Origin: Catajapyx aquilonaris
Taxonomy: Eukaryota
Direction of reading: 5' to 3'
Assembly (NCBI GenBank): GCA_000934665.2
Contig: KZ538731.1
Span: 1-50,600, forward strand
Length of the DNA stretch: 50,600 nt
The notes under the pieces are model-generated. The model did not search any database, was not told the origin of the DNA, and was given only the letters and a program-made list of their open reading frames with translations. This document shows, piece by piece, positions 49,002 to 50,600 of the stretch. Position 1 is the first letter of the stretch; each line of letters opens with the position of its first letter. A program made the translations under genes and the position numbers.

Positions 49002-50264
49002 TCAAACCCTGAGCTGGAATACCATCTGGAGGAACTGCTCGTATTGGATTGTGATTACGCCATCCTGGTCAGTGTCATGCTGGCGGAATGCAGCAGTCAG
49101 AGTCTGAAAGAAGGTCAGTGTACTTATTAAATATGACTAAAGACGCGATATTATATATAGAAACATAATTTTATACAAAATTAATGGCATAATTCAATGC
49201 CTTTGCTCATCTTCCTCATAATTTTCACCTGTAACCAAAGAATCGAAACACGTCCTCAGGTGAAAGTTCGATGCCTGCAGCCTGTTCAAATCTGTGGAGT
49301 CCAGCCTAGAATATCAAGCTGTGGCAATGCAATACATATTCAATTGGTCAAAGCAGACTTTTTGTTTCATAGAAGGATTGCATTGGCTGCCCATAATCAT
49401 TGTGTGTCTTGTACACTACTAGCAAGCTACTAGTACCTAACTCATTCAGATTAGTTGGTACTTGGTACTGTGAAAATAATAAATGTGTGAGAGTGGGGCA
49501 CATTTTTCGATTACAATTTTTCAAAGTACAGTATATCATGAATTTTAAAATAACTTCCCAACTACCTTTTGATATCCTTGTGAATCTTATGATTAACGCT
49601 GGTATTATGAGAGGTAAGTTTTGTGTAACAATATAAATGCAGTATGTGCTAGCAGTTGAATATCAGTGGCCCCACAAAATTGATATCACCAGTCAATCTC
49701 AGTTTTCACAAAGTGAGTTGGTGGCAAGGGGTCAGAGAAAAGTCAGAAACCACAAGCAGCAGCCCTTCCCAATCACAAGGCTAGGTCCTTTTCGACTCAT
49801 GACTCAGAACCAGAAAAACAGATACAGCAAAAGTCACTGATGTGTGACCAGTCTTCCAATCAAAATGAGCCCCAGATCTCCCACGCAAGACTGCCTATGT
49901 CATTTCTCAAGAGAATACTGATTAACAGATATTATCTGAACGGACTCAACTACACACGAGCACTGAATAATGAAGGTAAATAAGTGGTCACTTACGTGCA
50001 GTACAACACAGGTCTGGATGAAGTCATCAAAATGAATGGTCCCCTTCCCTGACCTGTCAAACTTGATCATGAGCAGGCCATAGAAGTGGTCGGATAGGCG
50101 GTATCCAAATGCAGTCAATGCTGTTTTCAACTCGTTTCGATCTATGCTGCCTGAGTTGTCCCGATCAAAGCTGCGAAAACAGTTCTGCCAGTCTGTCACA
50201 TACTTCCAGAGAGCACCAAACTCATCAAAGCTTATGGTGCCTGTATTGTGCTGGTCAAACATGC
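49002..50264 (-). CDS. PDCD6: Programmed cell death protein 6 / ALG-2 (penta-EF-hand), last two exons; 5' end outside the window
   Basis: Exon 49996-50264: GMFDQHNTGTISFDEFGALWKYVTDWQNCFRSFDRDNSGSIDRNELKTALTAFGYRLSDHFY..FDDFIQTCVVLH. Exon 49002-49103: TLTAAFRQHDTDQDGVITIQYEQFLQMVFQLRV*. GT-AG, phase 0 between them. Confidence 0.94.
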
Positions 50265-50322
50265 CTAGAATGGTGGAAATAAAAATTCGCTGGAGATTGG
50301 TGATTTCAGGTTGGCCAATATA

Positions 50323-50600
50323 CAGGGTGCTCAAAAACTCGCGGAAAGTCGCCAGGTAGCCTGATAGGACTCGCAAAACTAATATAGGGATGTGGAAGTA
50401 GTTTCGGGCTAACTTGCATAGTTTTTGCGTACGACGCCTTTAAGATTTCGGGAGTTTCATGACGTCACATCTGCCTTGAGGCCCCCATTGCGTCATCATA
50501 CACGTTGTTGTGGCTGTTGCCATTGGCACTGATTATTGTTGCGAATATTGTCAACTGTGATTGTTGAGAAATAAACAACGATTTCAGTCTGGCAATTGTC
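50323..50600. mobile_element. Probable left end of another Tc1/mariner-type MITE in a PDCD6 intron
   Basis: TA|CAGGGTG terminus (same first 7 nt as the 37314 element) followed by an abrupt switch to CpG-rich sequence; partner TIR not within the window. Confidence 0.4.

Overview
AT-rich eukaryotic genomic DNA with spliceosomal introns, most likely from an arthropod (inferred from protein similarity, not a database result). Four spliced genes were reconstructed by hand from splice sites and frame continuity. (1) Rhophilin (HR1-BRO1-PDZ, minus strand, 2304-35128) has a ~23 kb first intron carrying several candidate alternative first coding exons. (2) DDX1 (minus, 36317-44270, 11 exons, 738 aa) has a GC-AG first intron. 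(3) EXOSC6/MTR3 (plus, 44656-45992, 282 aa) lies head-to-head with DDX1. (4) The 3' part of PDCD6/ALG-2 (minus, 49002-50264) runs off the window. Introns hold small transposon derivatives: two Harbinger-like palindromic MITEs, two copies of a Tigger/pogo-like MITE, an internally deleted mariner-type element, and a tRNA-Gly-derived SINE inside an (ATT)n tract inside a MITE. There is no CRISPR array, rRNA or prokaryotic system. The most interesting signal is the set of swappable Rhophilin N-termini, one of which would add a hydrophobic signal/anchor segment. This is inferred from genomic sequence only and needs transcript evidence.
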